Positions 1 through 10,844 of a DNA stretch of 20,503 bases are shown piece after piece (within the stretch, counting starts at the first letter, position 1; every line of letters starts with the position of its first letter). The DNA comes from Paraspadella gotoi. Lineage: Eukaryota; Animalia; Chaetognatha. The notes beneath the pieces were generated by a model. It had not been told where the DNA came from. It ran no database searches and worked only from the letters and a program-made list of their open reading frames with translations. Made by a program: the position numbers and the translations under genes. Location of the stretch: NCBI GenBank assembly GCA_051294375.1, contig CM119266.1:18564513-18585015 (forward strand), read 5' to 3'.

Positions 1-1129
1 TTTAGTTCCTCTGGATATTTTCGTCTTCTTAATAATTTTGCTTTGTTTCTCCGTCAACCGTGAAAAGTCGTCGATTTTCACGGATTCTCTTTTACTCTTT
101 AGTCTTTACTCTGCAGTCTTTAGTGAAGCCTCTCTAAATCTTTGGTTGTTCTTTTTGTTCTTGTTGTTGTTATAAACGTTGTTTTGATTTCAGTCAAGTT
201 TTTATCGGTTAGTTTCGAATCCACGTTATTGGTATAATAATGCGTTTCAACTACTCGGGCCGATATATTATATATATATTATACGTATAATATCCCTAAA
301 ATCATCATCATCATCATCATCATCATGTTCATTCCTTCAATTACAACTGAAAAAAGGGAACAATTCAACTGAATTGTCGTAGACCGAAACTCAAAAAATG
401 TTTTTTGTTCTTTTGATTCATGGTTAATTTAGCTAAACCCAAAAAATTTGGACAAACTGTCATCTTTTTTGACAAAAAAAAAATCTTTCCGTTAAATTTA
501 AGTAAAAGATCGTAATGTTTTACCTGCGAAATAATTTGATTAACAGTTTTAGGGATTATGGGAAAAGATTATTAGATGTTAAGTAATGTTTTTTTTTCTA
601 GTATCTAATCGCTAATTACTATCGCTACCCTTTAAGAATTGAGATTGTTTTACTTACAAATATGAAAAACTTTTTTTAGCTGTTAATTAATAATCCTTTT
701 TTAATAGTCAAACCCTATATAATTAGATAAATAGTTTTTTTTTCTCGATAAAACAAAATGTTTTCTTTTTCAGGGCGATTAATTTATGCTTATTAAAGAC
801 GAAACATTATTTTCCTCGCTTTTTTGAATGACATTTATCCTCAGAGAACCCGAAGTTTCCTCGCACGAATCTAATGTCTCCCCCAAATTGGAAACAATAT
901 TATTCTAACCTTATCTTTGTTTCGTGTCCCTTAAAGACAAATATATCAAAAGGGGCCGAAAGTCTTTCGCCTGTCGGCTTCTGTCATTTCCATTTTCACA
1001 TTTCATAAACTTATGAGAAGTAAAGGTTAAAATTCACTCATCTATATAATTCGTTAAAAAAATTACTTCTTGTCACGTCGCAATTAATTTTCCTAATTTT
1101 TAATAATTTAACCGAGGATCATTTTGGTT

Positions 1130-1358
1130 ATGATGCGACGTAGTACGGAATACAATAGTATTCCCCGATGTAATACTTAATAGTTAAGGGAGTTTTCTTT
1201 TTATGTATTCGATATGGAGGCCGGGTGCTCTGGCAGTTAATTTTCTAGTCTGTGAGCAAGTCTCGGTTGAAAGCTTGCAGGCTTTTGTTATGCTATCATA
1301 TCTTGTAACCCACCATAGCCTGCCAGAAGTCGGAAGGCAAGATAGTTTACTGAATGAA
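1130..1358 (-). repeat. Dispersed repeat family A, diverged inverted copy
   Basis: The reverse complement shares blocks with 8575-8830, e.g. TGCAAGCTTTCAA, CTCACAG, CCAGAG, TTAAGTATTA, ATCGGGGAATACT. Confidence 0.8.
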
Positions 1359-1376
1359 TTTTAACGTAAGTTTTAC

Positions 1377-1466
1377 CAATTTCCAAAATTTCCAAAATTC
1401 TCTCAAACTGCATCTTCTTCTTGTCGCATTCTCCGAGATCGCAAAAGATGCGAACCTCGAATTTGA

Positions 1467-1516
<50 letters not shown>

Positions 1517-1581
1517 TTTTCACTCGCCCAGTCGAAGATGAGAGAGATAATTAAAGAAGAAAGATTTTTCAAGGGTTTCGA
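1377..1581 (-). CDS. Possible minus-strand exon with poly-Thr tract
   Basis: Minus-strand pyrimidine tract CCTCCTCTTCCTCTTTAG precedes SKPLKNLSSLIISLIFDWASEK(T)nIKFEVRIFCDLGECDKKKMQFERILEILEI; weak donor G|GTAAAA. No family recognised. Confidence 0.25.
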
Positions 1582-1690
1582 CTAAAGAGGAAGAGGAGGC
1601 GCGATTGTTTACGAATCGAGTGAGAGAGAGAGAGAGAGTGAGAGAGAGAGAGAGAGCGAGCGAGAGAGAGAGAGCGAGCGAGAGAGAGAG
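1467..1690. repeat. (CGT)n at 1467-1516 and (GA)n at 1618-1690
   Basis: Read directly from the sequence. Confidence 0.95.
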
Positions 1691-2499
1691 TCTATAAATC
1701 ACGTGATAGACATTTGGTTTATCTCAAGTCTCAAGTCGCTTCGTTTTGATGCCTCACCAAAACCTACCCAACTTTATCTTAATCCTCCCTTACTCTCCCC
1801 TTCCCCTTTTTTTGCCTTCGTGATCCAACTACGCCATTTTATCCACACCTTGCTCCACACCGGCCACAGCACATCCTGCCAATTTTAACCACTAGGCATG
1901 ACTCACGCTTGACCAATAAATCGTTTTTTTGGGCAGAAAAAGTTGGATGGAAAAAGTTGAAAAATATATATATAATTCAAATAGAAAAGATTTTGTTGAA
2001 AATTAGCCTCATAAAAGTGTCGTCCTTCGACCGATGATCTTGAGACCTCTTCTCCGGCCGACAGGCTAAAGAGTTCCACTCGTCTCTGCCCGACAACCTT
2101 GAGATTTCTCCTGATCTCTGCCCGACATCCTCAAGATTTTTTTTCCGAAAAGGAAAGAGAATTCTAATCGCGAAATCGAAAAAAAAAATGAGAGAAAAAA
2201 AGTTGATTTTAATTTCGAGGTTAATTCCGTGGATATCTTTTTAATCGTTGCCCGCGGTTGCGCACCTGCGTCGCGATAACCGACTTTTACAGTTCGCCCG
2301 CTTCGCTCCGTCTACGCTCGATCACCTTTATACCGTCAAATCTTTTTGTTTGTCTGAACTCATTTTTTTCCCCGTTGGTTTCGCTCGTTTTACTTTTGTT
2401 TTGCGCAAAGAAAAAAAAAAGGAAAAAAAATTCGAAAGCCAAAATTTATCGAAATTTAAAAAAAATAAAAGGGAGAAAGGACGCAGCTGCGAATCTCCA

Positions 2500-2527
2500 T
2501 CTCTCTCTCTCTCTCTCTCTCATCTCG

Positions 2528-2612
<85 letters not shown>

Positions 2613-2728
2613 TCTGCACAAGCGCCGGATGTTTCGTTTGTTTGTTTACGTTCGAAACTCTTTTATTTTCGTTTAGAAGCCTTCTTTGTTTTATTATTTT
2701 CAATCTTTTTGGCCGTGTAAATGAAAGA

Positions 2729-2807
<79 letters not shown>

Positions 2808-2905
2808 TAGAGAGATCGAACTGGGCCAGAATAGTCTTTTCTTAAATTTCTTATTTGTTTCAACAATCTTGATTGGTGGCCGCCTTTTAATTTCTCTCTC
2901 CTCTC

Positions 2906-2954
<49 letters not shown>

Positions 2955-2959
2955 CTCTC
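2500..2959. repeat. Alternating (CT)n 2500-2612, (GA)n 2731-2815, (CT)n 2893-2959
   Basis: Read directly from the sequence. Confidence 0.95.
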
Positions 2960-3885
2960 GGTGATGACTCTAATAACATGACCCTTAAACTTTTTTAACA
3001 ATTTCCTTTAAAAAAGTCATCATGAGCCGAGTGCTTCGTTTGTCTGAAAGTTTTCTTTCAAAATTTTGCTCAAATTGAATTTTTTTTGTCGACAATAGTG
3101 GACGGTGCAGACTAATTTAGAAATTTAGGAAACAGATTTGTGATGAACTAAAGTAAATTTATGAACTTAAAATTGTGTGATTACGTATAAATAAAGGAAT
3201 GAGTAACAAAAATTCAATTAAGATTAATCTATACAAATTTATCAGTCAAAATTGATTTTAGTTTTCGATAGCAGAAAGAAAACGTGTAAATTATTACAAA
3301 AAAAGTAATAGTAGAGTTCTCAAAAAATGTATCAACGGAACCTCAGAAAGACACAAAACCTTTTCGGTTGCTCTTTCAACCCCCGGTGAAATCCCAGATA
3401 TTCTCTCTCTCTCTGTCTGATCCCAGATCAGCTGTGAATGAATGAATGACCGGCATTTCTCTCGTTTGTAGTAGTAAAAAAAAAAGAAGTTAAATATTCT
3501 GTAAATCGATGCCGGCGACGACGACGAAGACGTCGGAAGGGTGATGACTTTGGTTAATCAAACTAAACAATAGTAAATAGTAAAGTAAATATGATATGAT
3601 CAGGAGAGTGGGGACGATCATTGCTACGACCAAAACGACGTCAACAACCAAAACGATGACGACGAATAGGACTAAGGGTCGAGTCAAAATAATTCGAAGC
3701 GATCCTGAATTACATACTTAAATACGAATATCTAAAAGGAATTTTTTGAAAAAATATATTAAAATAAAAAATATTGCACTTAATCTTGGTTCGCGGTCAC
3801 TTTTTCCCAAAGATAAACGTCAAATTTACTTCCAACTGGTTACTCAATAGTCAATACTTAAATTCCAGGCTGCAGCTACTACCCT

Positions 3886-3918
<33 letters not shown>

Positions 3919-4107
3919 NNNNNNNNNNNNNNNNNNNNNNNNNNNNNNNNNNNNNNNNNNNNNNNNNNNNNNNNNNNNNNNNNNNNNNNNNNNNNNNNNN
4001 NNNNNNNNNNNNNNNNNNNNNNNNNNNNNNNNNNNNNNNNNNNNNNNNNNNNNNNNNNNNNNNNNNNNNNNNNNNNNNNNNNNNNNNNNNNNNNNNNNNN
4101 NNNNNNN
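3919..4107. other. Assembly gap (others at 4383-4392, 10045-10069, 16737-16761, 18798-18921)
   Basis: Runs of N. Confidence 1.
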
Positions 4108-4579
4108 ATTCTGAAAAAAATATTACTATTATTGATACGAAAAAAACTTTAAAATTTTTTTTCTAGTGCGAAATTGATGTAGCTGGTTAACCCTTACAAT
4201 TATTTGGTGATTTTCGAACATCACATTAACTAAAAATAAGACGACATAAGATGGAGATGAATAGATGACAACAACTACGACCACAATTGTTGCAAAAACA
4301 ACAACAACAACGACGACGACGACCGCGACGACAACAACGATTATCGAATTAATTAATTTTATTGCTTTTTGTAAATGTTGCANNNNNNNNNNAATTAATT
4401 AATTTTATTGCATTTTGTAAATGTTGCACACTAGTTTGTAACTTTTAGCTCAAATTTTGTAATCCAATCAACCGAGAGTCAAGGATTTTTCTTCGAATCG
4501 ATTTATTCCGAATCAATTACTTATCTCCTGTTTAGCAAGAAAATCCAGGACAACCAAAACTTCCGGATTGGAATAAAAT

Positions 4580-4757
4580 ATGTTAAAAACGAAAAAAAAT
4601 TTTACAAAAAATCAACAAAAACAACAACGACAACAGAAAAGGTTGTTCTCGCTTCTTTTTGATTCTGTTTCTGTTTTTTTAATTTTTTGTCTCATTCAAA
4701 TCGTTTCAAACTCAATGATTACAAAAACGACGTCGACTCCGAAAAACTTTCAAAACG
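4580..4757 (+). CDS. Possible first exon with signal-peptide/anchor-like segment
   Basis: ATG at 4580, basic N-region, then hydrophobic LFSLLFDSVSVFLIFCLIQIV; possible phase-1 donor G|GTAATA at 4758. T-rich DNA can give this by chance. Confidence 0.25.
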
Positions 4758-5090
4758 GTAATAATGTTCGTTAAATAATAAATAATAATGTTCGATAAAT
4801 ACGAAGTAAATATACATGAGAACGATAATGACGACGGAAAAGACAAAAATTGTTCTCATTGACTTACGACTGCACCTGATTTTCTAACCGTTTTTTTTAT
4901 CACTAAAACTGATGCTCGGTGATGAAAAAAAATGGTGATAAAAAGGTGATAAAAAGGTGATGAAACAAAAACAAGCTTTTTTTTAAAAGCAGATTCGGTA
5001 TTTTGGGAAAAAACTTTTCATTTACCACACAAAAAAAAAAGTGGGAGCTAAAAAAAGATGTTGATGACGATGATGATGATGAATCTGATT

Positions 5091-5246
5091 ATGAAGTGAA
5101 AAATTAAGAAAAGAACTAAGATGAAGTGAAAAATTAAGAAAAGAACTAAGATGAAGTGAAAAATTAAGAAAAGAACTAAGATGAAGTGAAAAATTAAGAA
5201 AAGAACTAAGATGAAGTGAAAAATTAAGAAAAGAACTAATATGAAG
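5091..5246. repeat. 30-bp minisatellite, 5 copies
   Basis: ATGAAGTGAAAAATTAAGAAAAGAACTAAG x5, one substitution in the last copy, no spacers. Confidence 0.97.
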
Positions 5247-5257
5247 GTTAGAATCAA

Positions 5258-5572
5258 GTGACCAGTGACTCTGATGACGAGCCATTCGCCGGTGGTCTCT
5301 TTACGACGACGACGACGACGACGACGACAAAAAAGTTCCCACCGACGAACGGACGTCTTTACAATGTCATCCTTGATCGCACATCGAAGGATCGAAGGAT
5401 CGTCGTACGCATTGATGCGGTCACATCGATCTACGATGACGACGACGGTGATGAAGACGACGACAACGACAACGACGATGTCAATGACGACAATGTTAAC
5501 GATGACAAGGTCACCGGCAAGAACCACGTTCAATACAATTTCGAAGTCTTATTAAAAAGAAGCTCGAAAATT
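5258..5572 (+). CDS. Possible coding segment with Thr run and acidic tract
   Basis: GC-richer island reading SDSDDEPFAGGLFTTTTTTTTTKKFPPTNGRLYNVILDRTSKDRRIVVRIDAVTSIYDDDD...QYNFEVLLK, similar in style to downstream exons. No convincing splice sites; the ORF's poly-Leu tail is only (TTA)n. Confidence 0.3.
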
Positions 5573-5574
5573 AC

Positions 5575-5676
<102 letters not shown>

Positions 5677-5840
5677 GGAATCAAATGCTTTAAGTGACGT
5701 CGACGAGATTTTTATTTCGTAATGAGAAATTTAATCTTCATTATATCCGTATTTATGAATTCTGATATTTGAGATCTGCTTAGTCTTATTTACTCGAATG
5801 ACGAGGCTTTTTTTAATTCGGTCAAACGTTCGATTCGTTA

Positions 5841-6010
5841 CGAAATATTTCGTCAGAATTTCGATTTTCATCAAAATCCACGTCACATTTCTAAGTCATT
5901 GTAAATGAATGAAAATCTATGGATCGAATAACTGGTAAATATTTATTATATATTAAAGACAAAAATAAAACAAAATCATAAGCATTAAAAATAAAAAAAT
6001 AAAAAAAGTA
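5841..6010 (+). repeat. Direct repeat, copy 1
   Basis: CGAAATATTTCGTCA...TTGTAAATGAATGAAAATCTATGGATCGAA...CAAAATCATAAGCATTA recurs at 7224-7377. Confidence 0.9.
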
Positions 6011-6064
6011 CTTGGCGAGTGGCAAGGGGCGACGCCGGGGGGTCATACCTAGGGATAGCCCCTG

Positions 6065-6954
6065 CACAGTGATCCAAAAAAAAATTAAAACCGGATAAAA
6101 GCCACCTGAACATACGGGCATAAATGCATATTCAGTCTTTCCATAGTAATGGTACAAAGTCTTATGTAAGATAACAGTTTCCAAAAATTATTCTTTCTCA
6201 AGTTAAAAGCAAATCTCTATTTCGAGTGAGTCTTTGAGAGGTTTGTTTCACCCAGATGGGTGGAAGAGAAAAATTATTTGACTTTGTTATGATGAAAGCT
6301 CTTTGTCTAGTTTGTTAACAAATAAAAAAAATATTTTTATATTATGTCACTATGTATGATATGAAAAACATAGTAAAAACTCATCGAATTTCAACCGATT
6401 TCAATCAACCAGATTTAGTTCCTCATGATACATCTTCTCACCTTCTCATCTTCTCATCTTCTCATCTTATCAATTAAATCTCATCCGCATTCGTCCGCCA
6501 TTTTGAGAAATCCAAAAATGCTTTTTATTCAAAAAATAACAAAAAAGAATTCGATATTCTTCAGAAATTACCATATGATTCTTTTCTTTGACCGATTTTC
6601 CGATCTTAATTTGCTTAACGCACTTTTAAAAAGATTAAATAATGATTTTATATTTAGCAAATATACACCTATTACTTATAATATAATAAAGAAAAAAATA
6701 TTAAGTTGGGTCAATTTCTTTTTAATATCAAAATTATAAAGCAAAAGTTATTCAACTACCATAAATGATTTCTTTAAGAACCAAATTTGGCAGTAAATGA
6801 ATTTTTTCTCCATATTTTTTCAAATCACTTTTTATTATCTGAAACGTTTCTTACAACCTCAGAGGGCTTCTATGATAATCAGCATACGAGAAAAAGTTGT
6901 TTTTGCCAAAAAAGAGAGGTTTATCCGGAAATTAAGGCCATTTGGATCACTGTG
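6065..6954. mobile_element. Non-autonomous Transib/RAG-like DNA transposon (890 bp) with RSS-heptamer termini and 5-bp TSD
   Basis: Left end CACAGTGATCCAAA (6065-6078) is the exact reverse complement of right end TTTGGATCACTGTG (6941-6954). A second block CCGGATAAA (6091-6099) pairs with TTTATCCGG (6920-6928), 12 nt inside the first block on both sides. CCCTG flanks both ends (6060-6064, 6955-6959). CAC-starting TIRs with GC-rich 5-bp TSDs are the Transib/RAG signature. The interior is AT-rich with no recognisable transposase. Confidence 0.88.
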
Positions 6955-7223
6955 CCCTGGGGATATTAAAAAACTGTATACGTGGTGTGCCCCCCAGGGG
7001 AGATAGTTTTTTTTTAGCGTTTAGGGGCGGCCCCATGGCGGATCCCCTTGGGGTACACAAAATTACCATCCCAAGGGGTCACCCCTAAGTATGAGAAAAT
7101 GTCTACCCCTTAGGGTGATCTTCCAATTGTAGCAAAAGTAGCCAGGCTTCCTTAATCAATTTTTTACCAATGATTTTAATCCCTCTTTCTTTCTCTTATT
7201 CTTTCTCTCTCTCTCTCTTTCTT

Positions 7224-7377
7224 CGAAATATTTCGTCATAATTCGTGTTTTTTAACGTAACATTTCTAAATCGTTGTAAATGAATGAAAATCTATGGATC
7301 GAAAAACTGGTAAATATTTATTAAATACAAAAATAAAACAAAATCATAAGCATTACAAATAAAAAAATAAAAAGTAA
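7224..7377 (+). repeat. Direct repeat, copy 2
   Basis: Same blocks as 5841-6010 with several substitutions and indels. Confidence 0.9.
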
Positions 7378-7638
7378 TCGAAAAAAATATATAAACATTT
7401 AAAAATATAATTAATTCCTTCATAAAAAGATGTGAAACCTTCTTCCCACTTCTAGTCTCAGCCGCGAAGATAATTTTAAAAGTCACTTTAGATTATACGG
7501 GAGCTAAAAAAAGTGACAATAATCTCATTTACTTACGATAGTTTTCTGAAATGGCTCATTTGTCACTTTCTACATTTGTTGAAAGAATTCTATAAAGAAA
7601 AAATATATTGAAATATTTGTTTCGGCTTTTGAAAATAG

Positions 7639-7714
7639 TATGAAATTAGTACAACCAATATAAAAATTATCCATTCATTTAATAAATAAGCTATCTTGCC
7701 CCTGACTTTGGACA
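7639..7714 (+). repeat. Family A, truncated copy
   Basis: TATGAAATTAGTACAACC...CCCCTGACTTTGGACA is nearly identical to 8851-8926. Confidence 0.9.
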
Positions 7715-7911
7715 TGATAGTATGTAATAAATATTTAAGAAAAACTGGGTAACTATTCTCTAGTCTTCATCGTCATCGTCATCATCAGCATATTATTATC
7801 ATCGTTATCATCAGCATCATTATCATTATCGTCATCATCAGCAGCCGCGAAAGTAAATCCCTGCCCACTTTATCTCTGGGAGGACAAGGGTGGAGCGAAC
7901 TCATATCTCCC

Positions 7912-7916
7912 GAGAG

Positions 7917-7990
<74 letters not shown>

Positions 7991-8046
7991 AGAAAAGAGA
8001 GAGAGAGAGAAAAAAAAAAAAAAAAGAGAGAGAGAGAGAGAGAAGA

Positions 8047-8077
<31 letters not shown>

Positions 8078-8281
8078 GCCGTTTTTTGAGTAATCAAGTT
8101 ATTTTTCTGTAATTAGTGTATTTATTTATTTTACACTACGAACATGATAAATAACTCGGGTCACACTTATCATTAACACCTCTCTCTCCGTCTCTGTCTC
8201 TGTCTCCGTCTCTCTCTGCCTTTCTCTTTCTCTCTCTGTCTCTGTCTCTTTCTCTCTCTGTCTCTCTTTCTTTCTCTCTCT
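7912..8281. repeat. (GA)n 7912-8072 followed by (CT/CTGT)n 8180-8281
   Basis: Read directly from the sequence. Confidence 0.95.
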
Positions 8282-8522
8282 TTGTTCTGAAAGGAAGTAC
8301 ATTTTTTACATAATTAGTCAAACCAACGTACAACTAAATGAATTGCTTTAAATCCGATTAAAGGAATATTAATTTCATTTTGTTTGAAAAAAAATGAAAA
8401 ATGTTAAAAAATATTTTTAGCTTGACAGCCTGTGAGTTGATTGTTATCGATCCATTATAAAAAAAATTACATATTAAGAATATTAAAAAAAAAACAAATA
8501 TGCAAATCTATGAGTTTAATTC

Positions 8523-9096
8523 TATGAAATTGGTACAACCAATATAAAAATTATCAATTATCATTATTTAATAAATAAGCTATCTTCCCTGACTTTGGAC
8601 AGGCTTTTGGTGGTTTAAGGCCTCCATCACTCTTACAAGATAATGACATAGCAGGTCCCTGCAAGCTTTCAATCAAGACTCTCTCACAGTCTCGTTTATT
8701 CACTCCCAGAGTACCTGGCTTCCCTATCAATGAAGTGGAAAATATTTCAAAGAATGTTTCAATTGTATGAAAAGACCACTCCCTTAAGTATTAGATCGGG
8801 GAATACTTATTGTACTCCGCACTAGCATCAAAATACAAGGAGCTGAATTTTATGAAATTGGTACAACCAATATAAAAATTATCCATTCATTTAATAAATA
8901 AGCTATCTTGCCCCTGACTTTGGACAGGCTTTGGTGGTTTAAGGCCTCCATCACTCTTACAAGATAATGACATAGCAGGTCCCTGCAAGCTTTCAATCAA
9001 GACTCTCTCACAGTCTCGTTTATTCACTCCCAGAGTACCTGGCTTCCCTATCAATGAAGTGGAAATATTTCAAAGAATGTTTCAATTGTATGAAAA
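8523..9096 (+). repeat. Family A, two near-identical tandem copies (8523-8830, 8851-9096)
   Basis: TATGAAATTGGTACAACCAATATAAAAATTATC...TTCAATTGTATGAAAA is repeated with ~328-bp period, differing mostly by small indels. Confidence 0.9.
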
Positions 9097-9153
9097 AGAA
9101 AACTCGAAAAGTTGATCTCGAACGGACTTGCTTTGTTTTAATCCTTTCCCATT

Positions 9154-9189
9154 GTCTGTCTCTGTCTCCTCTCTCTCTCTCTCTCTACT

Positions 9190-9262
<73 letters not shown>

Positions 9263-9340
9263 TTCTTTCTTTCTTTCTTCTCCCCTCCTTCCCTCCCTCC
9301 GCGCCCTCTCTCTATCACTAACCCCCCCTCTCTCTCTCCC
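9154..9340. repeat. (CT)n tract doubling as polypyrimidine tract
   Basis: Runs up to the CAG at 9348-9350. Confidence 0.9.
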
Positions 9341-9350
9341 CCACACACAG

Positions 9351-9765
9351 AATGAACGATGATTGAGTCGGCGTCCCGCATCCGCCATTATCGGCACCGA
9401 ATGGAGACCGGAGCCTTTATCCCGACGCCGACGGACGGACCTTCGCGTCCCGGCGCCGACGCAGGACTACGCCGACGCGGCGGCAGCAGCGGCAAGCACC
9501 GTCAGCGGGATAGTCCGCCGCTGCATCCGCCGACGCGACAGGACAGGATCAGCAGCTGTCGCCGGCTCCGAGATTGGAGACTTCCAGCGCCGTGCCGGCG
9601 CCGACGGGATCGGCAGTGGGCGCCATCGGCGAAACGTTTGGGACGACGAATACGACGACGACGACGACGACGACGTAAAGGACGCCGGCGACGCCGAATA
9701 CGACGATGCCTTTTGTCAGGAATCATCAGAGACGGGAGGCGCCGACGATCGCTGAGGCTACCCAG
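9351..9765 (+). CDS. GC-rich exon, low-complexity Ala/Thr (or Asp)-rich region of the same Ig gene; frame uncertain
   Basis: Long (CT)n tract ending CACACAG at 9350, abrupt GC/CpG-rich island, CAG|GTAGAG at 9765/9766. The Thr-rich frame (AVPAPTGSAVGAIGETFGTTNTTTTTTTT*RTPATPNTTMPFVRNHQRREAPTIAEATQ) ends in phase 0, matching the 10075 exon, but no frame is stop-free across the exon. Confidence 0.55.
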
Positions 9766-9767
9766 GT

Positions 9768-10000
9768 AGAGAGAGAGAGAGAGAGAGGGAGAGGGGAGAG
9801 AGACGGAGAGAGGGAGATAGAGAGATGGATTGAGAGAGAGAGGGGAGAGGGAGGAGGAGAGAGAGGGAGAGGGAGAGAGATAGAGAGGATGGATTGAGAG
9901 GAGAGAGAGAGAGAGAGGAGAGAGAGGGAAGAGAGGAGGAGAGAGACAGAGAAGACAGACAGACAGACAGACACAGACAGACAGACAGACAAACAGAGAG
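9768..10000. repeat. (GA)n/(GACA)n tract
   Basis: Starts immediately after the putative donor at 9766. Confidence 0.95.
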
Positions 10001-10074
10001 AATATAGAAAAGAAGTTTAAACTCCTACACTTTAATTACCTATTNNNNNNNNNNNNNNNNNNNNNNNNNAATAG

Positions 10075-10228
10075 GATCCCTGCCCCATCGACCGGCACGT
10101 GACCTTCACTTTTCCCCTCGGATCACGTGATCAACGCATCACGTGTCCGATTCCGCTCTGCCCTTCGACCTTCAGTCACATCCGGGTTATCTGGAGCAAG
10201 CCAGGTTGGAAGCCGCGAGAGACGACGG
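10075..10228 (+). CDS. Internal exon encoding the N-terminal half (A'-B-C strands) of an Ig-like domain
   Basis: AG at 10073-10074 and a consensus donor G|GTGAGT at 10229. Open frame, absent from the ORF track: DPCPIDRHVTFTFPLGSRDQRITCPIPLCPSTFSHIRVIWSKPGWKPRETT, with B-strand ITC and C-strand VIWSK 15 residues apart. Phase 0 start, phase 1 end. The upstream intron end is hidden by an N gap. Confidence 0.75.
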
Positions 10229-10573
10229 GTGAGTAGACGAACAAAGATGGCGACGGGAATGGGCGTGTCCCTGGGGAACTTACCTCTAAAAATCATCGCG
10301 TTGGAAAACAAAATCTTCGCGATTAACTTACTTTTTTGATAAAAAAACTAAATTTTGATATTATTTAAACCACTTGCCGGCAAATCAATTTTTAATTTTT
10401 AATTTATTATTCAAAATTTGTTATAAATATTATAAAAAATACTATTCGTATATAATAATGATATATAATATATTATATATTGTAGATATTGTAGATATGT
10501 AAAGCAACATCTTCGGTTGAAGACCATTAGCAATCAGAGTTGCAGCAGACAATGAGCGCGTTGTTTAAGCTTT

Positions 10574-10844
10574 GGGTCTCTTTTCCAAAAGCACCCCATT
10601 TCTGAGGCTTAATCCTTAAACTTCATTTTAATTTTAATATTATCACAGATGATATCGTTCATCAGATTGAGGATTTGGTATACGGATTCTGCTTTAACCC
10701 CAATATATTATCAAACCTATTACCCAATCCCTAAGACTAATCTTTAAGCCTTATCCCTAATCCAACACCTAATCACTAACTTTTAACCTTATTTTAAAAT
10801 TTAAAAATTAATATGAAATGCGGCCGTTTGGGAAAATAAGTCCC
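10574..10844. mobile_element. Possible old MITE with imperfect ~29-bp TIRs and telomere-like internal repeats
   Basis: GGGTCTCTTTTCCAAAAGCACCCCATTTC versus the right-end reverse complement GGGACTTATTTTCCCAAACGGCCGCATTTC; degenerate CCTAA/CCCTAA units at ~10715-10790; no TSD found. Confidence 0.45.

Noticed and set aside
1-265. Minus-strand coding-like stretch (TNNVDSKLTDKNLTEIKTTF...)
   Set aside because: Four in-frame stops of mixed type, no family or splice support, truncated by the window edge.
1520-3001. ORFs with SLSL or RERE runs (also near 7870, 9054, 9726, 13382, 19516)
   Set aside because: Translations of (CT)n/(GA)n microsatellites.
4347-4428. 36-bp duplication across a 10-N gap
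   Set aside because: Typical unmerged contig overlap.
5091-5246. CRISPR-like 30-bp repeats
   Set aside because: Head-to-tail copies with no spacers, no cas genes, eukaryotic context.
6425-7006. Short ORFs in the Transib-like element as transposase remnants
   Set aside because: No recognisable DDE/RAG1-core motifs; AT-biased peptides.
10096-10252. Promoter-like cluster: three CACGTG E-boxes, ETS-like ACATCCGG, YY1-like AAGATGGCG
   Set aside because: Better explained by the Ig exon 10075-10228 and its immediate flank.
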